From Candidatus Omnitrophota bacterium (GTDB lineage Bacteria; Omnitrophota; Gorgyraeia; JABMRN01; RBG-13-46-9): DNA of 64,000 nt. Made by a program: the position numbers and the translations under genes. The notes beneath the pieces are model-generated. The model did no database searches. It worked only from the letters and a program-made list of their open reading frames with translations, and was not told where the DNA came from. This document shows positions 10,418-20,118 of the stretch, piece after piece (the first letter of the stretch is position 1; each line of letters starts with the position of its first letter). The stretch is taken from positions 32,001 to 96,000 of the forward strand of contig JABMQJ010000026.1 of assembly GCA_013203315.1 (NCBI GenBank). Reading direction: 5' to 3'.

Positions 10418-10879
10418 ATGAAGGTAAAAGATATAATGACGAAGGATGTTATAAAAATCAGCCCTTCAATCGGTATACGCGAGATCTACAATATTTTTCG
10501 CGAAAAAAATGTAGGCGGAGTACCGGTTGTAGATAACGATAACAAACTGCTTGGCCTCATCACGAAGACAGAGCTTCTTGATGTCCTGATTCCCGATTAC
10601 TTCGGCATGGTGACCGATTTTCTTTTTATCGATGATTTCGGAGCACTTGAAGAAAAACTCGAATCCCTGCCGTCTTTAGAGCTTTTTATAGCCGAAGACC
10701 TTATGATAAGCGGCCTTATCAGCATAAAAGAAAATGCCTCGTTAATGAAGGCGCCAGTTTTGATGAATAAATATAACATAAGAAGATTGCCCGTTGTGGA
10801 CGCTGACAATAGGCTCGTAGGCATTGTCACGAGAATGGATGTCTGCGACGCGTTATTCAACGGGAAGGGGCGGCACTAA
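10418..10879 (+). CDS. Tandem CBS-domain protein
   Basis: KVKDIMT, GVPVVD..LLGLIT..ELL, RRLPVVD..LVGIVTRMD. Confidence 0.9.
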   Translation: MKVKDIMTKDVIKISPSIGIREIYNIFREKNVGGVPVVDNDNKLLGLITKTELLDVLIPDYFGMVTDFLFIDDFGALEEKLESLPSLELFIAEDLMISGLISIKENASLMKAPVLMNKYNIRRLPVVDADNRLVGIVTRMDVCDALFNGKGRH

Positions 10880-12150
10880 TGGCTAACTACATCGTTGCAA
10901 TATCGATATTTGCGGTTACTTTTTATTTTATTATTTCCGGAAAACTTGATAGAACCATCGCCAGCTTTGCAGGCGCCCTGGCCATGATCGGCGCCGGAAT
11001 AACCCTTGGATTTTATTCGCAAGAAGAGGCGTTTCACGCGATAGATTTCAATATGATGGGCCTTCTCTTAGGAATGATGATTATCGTAAGCGTATGCAAA
11101 AAAACAGGCTTTTTTTCATATGTAGCGATAAAAGCAGCTAAGGCATCCGGCGGCTCACCGCTTCGCCTTATGATAATGATGGGTTGTATCACAGCCTTTC
11201 TTTCGATGGCCCTAGACAACGTAACGACGATAATTCTCGTTATCCCAATTACCATACTTATATGCGACATTCTCGGCATAAGCCCGCTTCCTATAATTAT
11301 GTCCGAAATAATCCTCTCAAACATAGGCGGCACCGGTACCATGATCGGGGATCCGCCGAACATGATGATCGCCTCAAGCGCTAATTTTTCTTTTACGGAT
11401 TTCTTAGTTCATCTTTTACCCATTACTCTTCTTGCTATGGTCATAAGCCTTGTTGCGCTTGCTTTCATATTCAGAAAACAAATGATACATCCGTCAGTAG
11501 ACTTTAGCCCGATTTCACAGATAAACGAACGGGCCGCCATACGTGACGAAAAAAGTTTACGCAAAACAGTTTTTTCGCTTATTATCGTATTTGCGCTTTT
11601 CATACTGCAGAAGCAATTACACCTTCACCATTCTTTCATAGCGCTTTTAGGCGCCGGCATTGTTCTCATTCTGGTACGGCCGAATATCGAAGAAATAATG
11701 AAGGATATACACTGGCCGATACTGGCTTTCTTTGCGTCTTTGTTTGTCTTAATAGGCGGACTCGAGAAGACCGGCTTACTGAACTTAATAGCCGAACAGA
11801 TAAGCAGGATAGCCAATGCAAATTATAATCTTGCAAAGATTTCGATTCTTTGGGTTTCGGCGTGTTTCGCCTCGCTCGTGGATCGCGTTCCTTTCACCAC
11901 CGCGATGATACCCATAATAAAACAAGTGGGTGTGCTCGGGTTTAACATTGATTCCCTGTGGTGGGTTCTTGCCCTAGGTGTCGGGTTCGGTGGAAGCGGA
12001 ACTCCCATAGGCTCTGTTGTTGGCGTAGTGGGCTTGGCCATGAGCGAAAAAACAAGCACCCCGATAGATTTCAAGATATGGTTTAAAACGGCAACAGTTG
12101 TTACGGTGATTACGTTAATTCTTGTAACCCTTTTAATAGGGATCATATAG
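10879..12150 (+). CDS. ArsB/NhaD-family (ion transporter superfamily) permease
   Basis: About 11-12 TM segments with LDNVTT, SNIGGTGTMIGDPPN and GFGGSGTPIGS. Confidence 0.85.
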   Translation: MANYIVAISIFAVTFYFIISGKLDRTIASFAGALAMIGAGITLGFYSQEEAFHAIDFNMMGLLLGMMIIVSVCKKTGFFSYVAIKAAKASGGSPLRLMIMMGCITAFLSMALDNVTTIILVIPITILICDILGISPLPIIMSEIILSNIGGTGTMIGDPPNMMIASSANFSFTDFLVHLLPITLLAMVISLVALAFIFRKQMIHPSVDFSPISQINERAAIRDEKSLRKTVFSLIIVFALFILQKQLHLHHSFIALLGAGIVLILVRPNIEEIMKDIHWPILAFFASLFVLIGGLEKTGLLNLIAEQISRIANANYNLAKISILWVSACFASLVDRVPFTTAMIPIIKQVGVLGFNIDSLWWVLALGVGFGGSGTPIGSVVGVVGLAMSEKTSTPIDFKIWFKTATVVTVITLILVTLLIGII

Positions 12151-13230
12151 ATGCCTTTTTTAAGAGAGTACATACAGGATTTAATGAATGACAGAAAAAG
12201 CGATCCATTGTCGCAGGGCATAAAGCTTTGCCTTTTGGTTTTTTCTTATGCTTACACTATCCTAATAGCCTGCCATCATTTTTTTTATAAAATTAACTTA
12301 TTGAAAAGTTATAAAGCGCCTATTGCCGTCTTAAGCGTCGGCAACATAACTTTGGGCGGTACGGGAAAAACCCCTTTTACGATAATGCTCGCCGAGCGCT
12401 TGGCAAGCAAAAACAAAAAGCCCGCCATTCTCATAAGAGGCTACGGCGAAGACGAATGGATAATGACGCAGAATAGGCTGGAAAAAATGGGCATAAAAGT
12501 TTTTGTGGGAAGAGACAGGGTGAAATTTGCCCAAGAAGCGCTTGGGCAGGGCGCGGATACCGTGATTCTCGATGACGGTTTTCAGCACCGCCGTCTCAAA
12601 AGGGATTTGGATATAGTGCTTATTGATTCCACGAATCCTTTCGGAAACGGATTTCTTTTTCCGCGAGGTATTTTAAGAGAGCCCCCAGGTAGCTTAAAAA
12701 GGGCCGACATCATTGTTTTAACCAAAACTGATAAGGGTTGTTCCGGGATTTTGGCAACAGAAGAGAAAATAAAAAAAATAGCACCGGATAAAAATATCGT
12801 AAAAGCCGAGCATAAACCGCAAAATCTTTGCGACATGAAAACCGGTAGTCCTACCGAAATATCTTACATAAACGGAAAGACGGTATGTGTTGTTTCCGCG
12901 ATCTGTGACTCATCCTATTTTAAACACACGGTTCAGGGAACGGGGGCCAAGGTCGGGCTCGAATTTGTTTTTTCAGATCATTACGCGTATATAAAAGGCG
13001 ACTTAGATCATATCTTTGAAGAATGCAAAAAAAAGGAAATAAATATAATCGTTACTACGGAAAAAGACGCTGTTAAGCTTAAAAAAATAATGTTGACGGA
13101 GAAAAATATTCAGAAGGCTTTTCCGGACACGCTTGTATTGGGTATAGAACTTAAGATTGTGCAGGGCGAAAAAGAATTAAATGAAAAAATTGATCGATTA
13201 TATATGCGCACTTCTAGTAAGGGCGCTTAA
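12151..13230 (+). CDS. lpxK: Tetraacyldisaccharide 4'-kinase
   Basis: SVGNITLGGTGKTP, RGYG, LDDGFQH, PRGILRE, DH, TTEKDAVK. Confidence 0.95.
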   Translation: MPFLREYIQDLMNDRKSDPLSQGIKLCLLVFSYAYTILIACHHFFYKINLLKSYKAPIAVLSVGNITLGGTGKTPFTIMLAERLASKNKKPAILIRGYGEDEWIMTQNRLEKMGIKVFVGRDRVKFAQEALGQGADTVILDDGFQHRRLKRDLDIVLIDSTNPFGNGFLFPRGILREPPGSLKRADIIVLTKTDKGCSGILATEEKIKKIAPDKNIVKAEHKPQNLCDMKTGSPTEISYINGKTVCVVSAICDSSYFKHTVQGTGAKVGLEFVFSDHYAYIKGDLDHIFEECKKKEINIIVTTEKDAVKLKKIMLTEKNIQKAFPDTLVLGIELKIVQGEKELNEKIDRLYMRTSSKGA

Positions 13231-15124
13231 TTTAATATTCCATTTACTCCCTATAAGCTTCACGTTGTGGTTAGGCGGACGGCTGGGATTAATCGCGTGC
13301 TTTTTTAATAATGAAAGAAGGATCATAGCCTATGCTAACCTGCGAGCCGCTTACTCTCGTGAGAAAACCCCGCGCGAACTAAAAAAACTCACCGAAAGGG
13401 TCTACAGAAATATAGGCCAGATTTTTTTTGAAATACTGTCACTCACGAAAGTAAATAAAAAATATATAGATAAATATATTGACGTCGTTAATGCGGAGGA
13501 TAAATATAAATTAACCGATCACCCAAACGGCGTAATACTTTTAACCGCGCATTTCGGAAACTGGGAGTTATCCGGAATGACAAGTGCCATTAAAGGTTTT
13601 CCGCTGGTCGTCTTGGCCAGGGAGCAAAGTATGAAAAAGCTAAACGGACTCCTAAATAGGCTTCGGGAATCAAAGGGCTTGCAGGTTGTTACAAAAGGCA
13701 TTACAACCAGATACATAGTAAAAGCACTCCATCAAGGTAAGACAATCGGCATGGTCGGTGACCAGGACGCGGGAAAAACCGGAACACTCGTAGAATTTTT
13801 CGGAAGGCCGGCTTCCACAGCACCGGGGTCAGCCAGAATCGCCCAGAAAACAGGAGCCTACATAATACCTGCTTTTATGGCCAGGGTCAAAGGGCCTTAC
13901 CATAAGGCGATACTCGAAGAAGCGATAAAAATCGAAAAAAAAGAAGATATAACGCCCTATTTGGCAAAATACAATAAGTTGCTTGAGAAATATGTGAGGA
14001 AACATCCCGAACAGTACCTGTGGCTTCATAAAAGATGGAAATCTTCGCCGCTTAAAAGAGTCGTTATCTTAAGTGACGGAAAAGCAGGACATCTTAATCA
14101 GGCAAAAGCGCTTTGTAAGCAACTGATAAGATACAGGAAGGATTCGGGCTATGATGTTCCGGACACCGTGGTAAAAATTGCGGAAATAAAATACAAAAAT
14201 AAATTTGCAAAAATGCTACTTAACTTATGTAGCCTCTTCTCTACGCATAGATGCCAGGGCTGCATGTCTTGCATGAGACACTGCCTTACAAGCGAGTCGT
14301 ATGAGAATTTAATGAAACTTCACGCCGATATAATTATAAGCTGCGGTTCAGGCGTTGCGGGCGTAAACAGATTTTTCTCCGTAGAAAATAACGCGAAGAG
14401 TGCTTGCGTGATGAAGCCCTCCATCTTAAGGCTAAATAAGTTTGACATGGTGGTCCTGCCCCAGCATGATCGCGTAAACGGCAAAGAGGGTAGCATAATC
14501 GTGACGGACACAGTGCCGAATCTGATAGACGAAGAATACATGGAGAAATGCTCTCGGAAAGTTAGCGAAACTGTGAAATTGGACGCTCCTGTAAAAATCG
14601 GAATTCTCCTCGGCGGCAACAATTCGGATTTTGAATTAACAGAAGAAATAACGGAAAGCCTTTTAAATAATGTCATAAATGCCTCGCGAAAACTAGACGC
14701 CGACATCCTTTTGACAACTTCTCGCAGAACCCCAAGAAATATAGAAGAAGTAGTAAAACATAGATTGCATTCCGAAAAACGCTGTAAATTTCTGGTGATA
14801 GCCAACGAAAAAAATACCCCAGAAGCTGTGGGCGGAATTTTAGGGCTTTCCGATATAGTAGTTGTATCAGGCGAAAGCGTTTCCATGGTTTCAGAGGCTG
14901 TTTCCAGCGGAAAGGCAGTAGTTGTATTTAATTTAAAAAACAAAAAGAGAAAAAACGGAAAATTCGACAGAATGCTCCGCCGCCTTGAAAAAAAAGGGCA
15001 TATAACCACGACAAGCGTTCGTGGGCTTTCCGATGCGATATATGGGGGCTTACGCGATTCAGAGCCAAAACCTCTCCTGCGCGACCAATATAACGTGTAC
15101 AAGTATATGTGGCGACTACTATGA
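13181..15124 (+). CDS. Fusion: lipid A late acyltransferase (LpxL/HtrB-like) + ELM1/GtrOC1-like GT-B domain
   Basis: N-half has AHFGNWE, DQD, FFG, PEQYLWLHKRWK. C-half has LSDGKAGHLNQ, PQHD, LLGG, TTSRRTP, ESVSMVSEA. Confidence 0.85.
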   Translation: MKKLIDYICALLVRALNLIFHLLPISFTLWLGGRLGLIACFFNNERRIIAYANLRAAYSREKTPRELKKLTERVYRNIGQIFFEILSLTKVNKKYIDKYIDVVNAEDKYKLTDHPNGVILLTAHFGNWELSGMTSAIKGFPLVVLAREQSMKKLNGLLNRLRESKGLQVVTKGITTRYIVKALHQGKTIGMVGDQDAGKTGTLVEFFGRPASTAPGSARIAQKTGAYIIPAFMARVKGPYHKAILEEAIKIEKKEDITPYLAKYNKLLEKYVRKHPEQYLWLHKRWKSSPLKRVVILSDGKAGHLNQAKALCKQLIRYRKDSGYDVPDTVVKIAEIKYKNKFAKMLLNLCSLFSTHRCQGCMSCMRHCLTSESYENLMKLHADIIISCGSGVAGVNRFFSVENNAKSACVMKPSILRLNKFDMVVLPQHDRVNGKEGSIIVTDTVPNLIDEEYMEKCSRKVSETVKLDAPVKIGILLGGNNSDFELTEEITESLLNNVINASRKLDADILLTTSRRTPRNIEEVVKHRLHSEKRCKFLVIANEKNTPEAVGGILGLSDIVVVSGESVSMVSEAVSSGKAVVVFNLKNKKRKNGKFDRMLRRLEKKGHITTTSVRGLSDAIYGGLRDSEPKPLLRDQYNVYKYMWRLL

Positions 15125-17214
15125 ACATACTACAAACTGTTACTAGATTAGACGCGAGTGATAGTGCAGACGATGTAATCCAGACCACAAGGTTTTTTAC
15201 GCTAAACGGCCATAAGGCCGTTGTGGTTTCGGAAAAAAGCGCGCGCACAAAAGAAATAGACGAAGTTGGTGCGCGGTATTACGCGCTATCCTTAAGGCCG
15301 AATATATTTTTAATGCCCCTCGCTATTTTTAAATTATCACAAATAATCACAAGAGAAAATATCGATATTGTGCACGCAAGAGACGCCTCTTCTTCATTTG
15401 CGGCACTTTTTGCTTCTAGATTTACCGAACGCCCGTTCATAACAACGGTATACGAACATCACAAAAAAAGCCTTTTTGAAAAATCGCAATTTTGGGCAAA
15501 ACGCGTAATTTGTTCCAGTGAAAGCGATGCGCGTAATCTCGTAAAGCGCGGTTTTCTTTCGGAGAACAAGGTACGCGTTATACCGCCTTTCATAAAATTG
15601 AAGGTAACTGATTCGGCGCCTCTGGCCAAGAAAGACGGAAGCTTCGTTATAGGAGCGGCAGTCCCTCTATTTTCCCTGGAAGCAAGGCAAAATTTTATAA
15701 GAGCTATTTCGATATTATCCCGCACAATTAGCAAGTTAAAAGTTTTTATTACTGATAGTAGCCCCCGCCGCGAAAAGGATGCCGCCCAAAAACTAAAACT
15801 TTTAATAAAAAGACATTCGCTTGCGAATCTCGTTACGCTTTTGCCGCAAGGCGAGGACATAATGCCGATCTTGGGCATAGATCTCTTTGTTCAGATTAAT
15901 GTGGACAAAAATCCTTCCGCAAAACGCCTTTTACTCGCGCAAGCCTACGGTATACCGATTATTACTACTTGCGCTGATTGGATAAGCGATTATGTCGAAG
16001 ATAAAAAAACTGCTATTATATGCCAGTCGCCTGCGGCGCAAGAAATAGCTTCAGGAATAAACGATCTATATAAAAACAAGGAATTGCAAAGTCGGATAAC
16101 AAGCGCGGCAAAAACACACTTAAAGGAAAATTTTAAGGCCGAAAATATAATGGAATCCACTCTTGCCCTTTATGAAGACGCGCTTTCCGGCACTAATATG
16201 TTAATTATAAAAATAGGCGCTCTCGGAGACTCTATATTGGCAACCCCGTCGGTAAGGGCTTTAAGAGAAAAATTTCAAAAAGCTACCATAAAACTTCTCA
16301 CGGGACTCGAGCAAAGAGAGGTTTTTATGAACTCACCTTACATCGACGAACTTATAGTTTGCGATTTTAAACGAAGAGATAAAGGTGTAAGGGGCCTTTT
16401 GCGTGTCGGCAAAAAATTGCGGACCGCAAACTTTGACATAGTCGTCGACTTGCAAAATAACAAAAAAAGCCATCTCTTATCCTTTTTATCATATGCACCC
16501 AGGAGATTCGGTTATGATAACGGTAAGCTCGGCTTCTTATTAAATAGAAAGATTAAGGACACGAAAATCCCCACCGGCCCAATAGAACACCAGTCGAAAG
16601 TTTTAGGCCTTTTGGGAATACACAATATGGACAAGCGTATTGAATTATGGCCCGCAAAAGAAGATAGAATATGGGCGGATAATTTCCTATCATCGCATTG
16701 GGTAAAGGGTAGCACGAAACTCATCGCACTTAATATCGATTCCAGCCCTAAATGGGTTACCAAGCTGTGGCCCATAGAGTATTTCACGGAAGTATTTAAC
16801 AAGCTTGCGAAGAATTTCGGTATCCGTGCCGTATTAATCGGCCGGGAAAGAAACACCCCCAGAATAGAAGAGTTTTTGAAACACGCCAAATGCAAACCTA
16901 TTGTAGCCCTGGGAAAGACCAATATATCGCGCCTGGCATCTTTAGTCAAAAAATGCGACCTTTTATTGAGCCCTGACAGCGCACCGATACATGTGGCATG
17001 CGCCATGGGTACGCCTTTTATCGCGCTTTTCGGCCCGACGGACCCTAAGCGGCATCTGGCATCATCAAAAAACGCCGTAGTTTTCAACAAGAACTTAAAA
17101 TGCAGCCCCTGTTATCGCGCGCGCTGTAATCAAGGATATGCGTGCATGCTATCTATCAAACCCGAAGAAGTATATGAAGCGATCTTGAAGCTATTAGGCA
17201 TTAAGAAGAGGTAA
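15121..17214 (+). CDS. Fusion: degenerate GT4-like domain + GT9 heptosyltransferase
   Basis: N-half is GT4-like (NILQ, IDIVHAR) but lacks E-x7-E. C-half has IKIGALGD, KLWP, DSAPIHVA, LFGPT, CSPC. ATGA overlap supports start 15121. Confidence 0.82.
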   Translation: MNILQTVTRLDASDSADDVIQTTRFFTLNGHKAVVVSEKSARTKEIDEVGARYYALSLRPNIFLMPLAIFKLSQIITRENIDIVHARDASSSFAALFASRFTERPFITTVYEHHKKSLFEKSQFWAKRVICSSESDARNLVKRGFLSENKVRVIPPFIKLKVTDSAPLAKKDGSFVIGAAVPLFSLEARQNFIRAISILSRTISKLKVFITDSSPRREKDAAQKLKLLIKRHSLANLVTLLPQGEDIMPILGIDLFVQINVDKNPSAKRLLLAQAYGIPIITTCADWISDYVEDKKTAIICQSPAAQEIASGINDLYKNKELQSRITSAAKTHLKENFKAENIMESTLALYEDALSGTNMLIIKIGALGDSILATPSVRALREKFQKATIKLLTGLEQREVFMNSPYIDELIVCDFKRRDKGVRGLLRVGKKLRTANFDIVVDLQNNKKSHLLSFLSYAPRRFGYDNGKLGFLLNRKIKDTKIPTGPIEHQSKVLGLLGIHNMDKRIELWPAKEDRIWADNFLSSHWVKGSTKLIALNIDSSPKWVTKLWPIEYFTEVFNKLAKNFGIRAVLIGRERNTPRIEEFLKHAKCKPIVALGKTNISRLASLVKKCDLLLSPDSAPIHVACAMGTPFIALFGPTDPKRHLASSKNAVVFNKNLKCSPCYRARCNQGYACMLSIKPEEVYEAILKLLGIKKR

Positions 17215-17215
17215 T

Positions 17216-18316
17216 GTGAAAATACTAATTTTAACCACACACTTAAACATAGGCGGGGTTGCCAGTTACACCGTTAACCTGGCAAAGGGGCTAAAAAAAA
17301 GAAACATACCGGTCTGGGTTGCTTCAAACGGAGGAGACCTGGAGAAGGTGCTGGGAGAGCACGATATTCCCCATCTTAAGGTAAGCGTGAAAACAAAATG
17401 TGAATTTCATCCCAAACTATGCTTTGCATTTTTTAAACTACTTAAATTCGTAAGAGAAAATAAAATCGATATCATTCATGCTCAGACAAGAACTGCACAG
17501 ATAGTGGCGTATGCGCTTTCGAAAGCTACCGGGGCCAAGTTTATCAGCACTTGTCACGGATTTTTCAAGAGCAAACGAATCTCAAGAAGGCTTTTTGGCG
17601 CTTGGGGTGATTCCGTCATTGCCATTAGTGACGCTGTCCGTGATCATTTGATAAAAGATTTTCGCATAAACCATGACAAGGTCTTCCTTATATATAGCGG
17701 CGTGGACACGGAAGCGTTTTCTGCCGAGATAAGTAGTGATGAAGAAATGCGTTTAAAGCGCAATTTAGGATTTGCCAAATGCCCGGTGATCGGGTCTATT
17801 TCGAGGCTTTCGCCGGTCAAGGGTCTTAAATACCTGCTTTTTGCCATGAAGGACTTACTGAAAACTGTGCCGGAGGCGCAACTTCTTTTGGTCGGCGAAG
17901 GGCCTTCCAAGGTTTTCCTGACAGGACTTGCCAAAAAACTTGGCATTGAAAATAATGTATTTTTCGCCGAAAGCACCGTTCAAATACAGAGATTTTTGTC
18001 CATAATGGATGTTTTTGTATTTTCTTCGCTAGAAGAAGGTCTGGGCCTTTCTCTTTTGGAGGCACTTGCCTCCGGAAAATCCTGCGTGGCCTCTGACGTG
18101 GGAGGTGTTTCGTCCATAATAGAAGACGGCGTAACGGGTATCCTTGTTCCCCCAAAAGACGCGCATGCGCTGAAAGAAGCGATAATCAAAGTCCTTAACG
18201 ACGAACACTTAAGGGTTTCGTTGGCGAGAAGGGGCAGGGATTTAGTTAATGAAAAATTTTCACTCGATAAAATGACAAAGGAAGTTATCAATGCGTATGA
18301 TAAAACCCGGAAATAA
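17216..18316 (+). CDS. Glycosyltransferase family 4
   Basis: IGGV, DIIHA, TCHG, RLSPVKG, SLEEGLGLSLLEA (E-x7-E), SDVGG. Confidence 0.92.
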   Translation: MKILILTTHLNIGGVASYTVNLAKGLKKRNIPVWVASNGGDLEKVLGEHDIPHLKVSVKTKCEFHPKLCFAFFKLLKFVRENKIDIIHAQTRTAQIVAYALSKATGAKFISTCHGFFKSKRISRRLFGAWGDSVIAISDAVRDHLIKDFRINHDKVFLIYSGVDTEAFSAEISSDEEMRLKRNLGFAKCPVIGSISRLSPVKGLKYLLFAMKDLLKTVPEAQLLLVGEGPSKVFLTGLAKKLGIENNVFFAESTVQIQRFLSIMDVFVFSSLEEGLGLSLLEALASGKSCVASDVGGVSSIIEDGVTGILVPPKDAHALKEAIIKVLNDEHLRVSLARRGRDLVNEKFSLDKMTKEVINAYDKTRK

Positions 18317-19100
18317 GCTTTTTTTTATTCTCGCTATCACGGCAACTGTAATTTTCCTTTTAGCCGGAAAACTCTTCCTGAACGCTGTATACGTGCCGGT
18401 TATTATTATGTATCACTCTGTAGGCCCGGAAAACATCGCGCCCGCCAATTACGGCGGGAAACTTAACGTGACTACCCGCACTTTTGAAAAACAGATGAAG
18501 TTTCTCTCCGACCACGATTATAACGTAATTCCCCTTGCCGAATTCGTAAAGCGCATAAAGAGAAATGAGCGCATTCCGCACAAAACTCTTACGATAACCT
18601 TTGACGACGGCCTTAAAAATAACTTTACCAATGCCTACCCTGTTTTAAAAAAATACAATTTTCTGGCTACAATATTTATCGTAACCGATTTCATGGGGAA
18701 AAAGAATTTTCTTACACCCGAAGACATGAAAATCATGCAAAAAAATAATATAACCATAGGAAGCCACACCATGGCGCATTCGTTCCTTCCCTGGATGGCT
18801 GATCGTGATGTCCAGAAAGAACTCGTCGAGTCAAAAAAAATATTAAAAAAAATAACGGGACAAAGAATCGATCTTTTTTCTTACCCCCTCGGTCGATTTA
18901 GCGATAAGACCAAAGAAATAGTCAAAGACGCAGGGTATATAGGGGCCGTAGCGACAAGCCCGGGCAGGCCCAAGCCAAGCGACGATATTTACGCCCTTAA
19001 GAGAATCCGGATATCAATGAGCTCTGATAACCTGGCTGTTTTCTGGATAGAGACAAGCGGCTATTATACCTTTATAAAAGAAGTAAGAGATGAAGACTGA
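18291..19100 (+). CDS. Polysaccharide deacetylase (CE4/NodB-like) with N-terminal TM
   Basis: IMYH, ITFDDG, ATIF, IGSHTMAH, FSYPLG. Confidence 0.92.
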   Translation: MRMIKPGNKLFFILAITATVIFLLAGKLFLNAVYVPVIIMYHSVGPENIAPANYGGKLNVTTRTFEKQMKFLSDHDYNVIPLAEFVKRIKRNERIPHKTLTITFDDGLKNNFTNAYPVLKKYNFLATIFIVTDFMGKKNFLTPEDMKIMQKNNITIGSHTMAHSFLPWMADRDVQKELVESKKILKKITGQRIDLFSYPLGRFSDKTKEIVKDAGYIGAVATSPGRPKPSDDIYALKRIRISMSSDNLAVFWIETSGYYTFIKEVRDED

Positions 19101-20118
19101 AAATCCAAGACGCATACTCATAGTAGAAGTAAACTGGCTGGGGGATGTCCTGTTTTCCACGCCGTTTATAAGAGCGCTTAGGGGTAAATTCAAAGACGCC
19201 CATATTGCGTGCATGGTTGTCCCGCGCGCCAAAGAAATATTACAATATAACCCTCACATAAACGAGATAATAATTTATGACGAAAAGCGTGCGCACAAAG
19301 GGCTTTTCGGAAAAATAAAACTTATCTGGCTTCTTCGAAAAAAGCGGTTTGACCTCGCTGTCCTTTTACACAGGTCGTTTACGAGGGCCTTTATAACATT
19401 TTTGGCCGGAATAAAAGAGCGCGCCGGTTATATCACTAAAAAAAGGCGCACAATTCTTACGCATCCGGTCGAGCCCTCCGAAACGGACCTTCACAAGGTG
19501 GAATATTTTTTAAAAATTGCCGAATCCCTGGGATGCGATATCTCAAGAAAAGATTACGAATTTTTCGTAACGGACAAAGAAAGAAAATATGTGGAAAAAT
19601 TGCTTTCAGAAAACGATGTCCACATGGAGGACTTCGTAGTTGTCATACACCCGGGCGCCAACTGGATTCCGAAAAGGTGGAGCGAGGATAATTTTGCGCG
19701 TCTTTCAGATACCCTCATAAAAAAGTACAACGCGAAAGTGATCGCGATCGGTGCCGAGAAAGATGCGAAAATCGCAACGCGCATAAAAAATAAAATGAAA
19801 GAAAAACTTATAATATTTTCGGGAAAAACAAGCCTTTTGGAGCTCGGCGCGCTTACCGAAAGAGCGGATTTTGTCATATCAGGCGATTCCGGTCCCATGC
19901 ACATTGCCTGCGCGATGAAGTCGGGCGTGATAGCGCTTTTTGGGCCGACCTCTCCTGCACTTACAGGGCCATATGGCAGCGGGAACTATCGCGTGATACA
20001 GAACGACACCGATTGCGAGATTCCCTGTTACGACCTTACCTGTAATGATTATAGGTGCATGGACGCGATAACCGTAAGTGACGTTTTGCGCGTATTTGAG
20101 GAAATGTATGCTAGATAA
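19090..20118 (+). CDS. waaF: LPS heptosyltransferase II-like (GT9)
   Basis: NWLGDV, HPGA..KRW, GKTSL, DSGPMH, LFGPT. The gene symbol is tentative among four paralogs. Confidence 0.8.
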   Translation: MKTENPRRILIVEVNWLGDVLFSTPFIRALRGKFKDAHIACMVVPRAKEILQYNPHINEIIIYDEKRAHKGLFGKIKLIWLLRKKRFDLAVLLHRSFTRAFITFLAGIKERAGYITKKRRTILTHPVEPSETDLHKVEYFLKIAESLGCDISRKDYEFFVTDKERKYVEKLLSENDVHMEDFVVVIHPGANWIPKRWSEDNFARLSDTLIKKYNAKVIAIGAEKDAKIATRIKNKMKEKLIIFSGKTSLLELGALTERADFVISGDSGPMHIACAMKSGVIALFGPTSPALTGPYGSGNYRVIQNDTDCEIPCYDLTCNDYRCMDAITVSDVLRVFEEMYAR

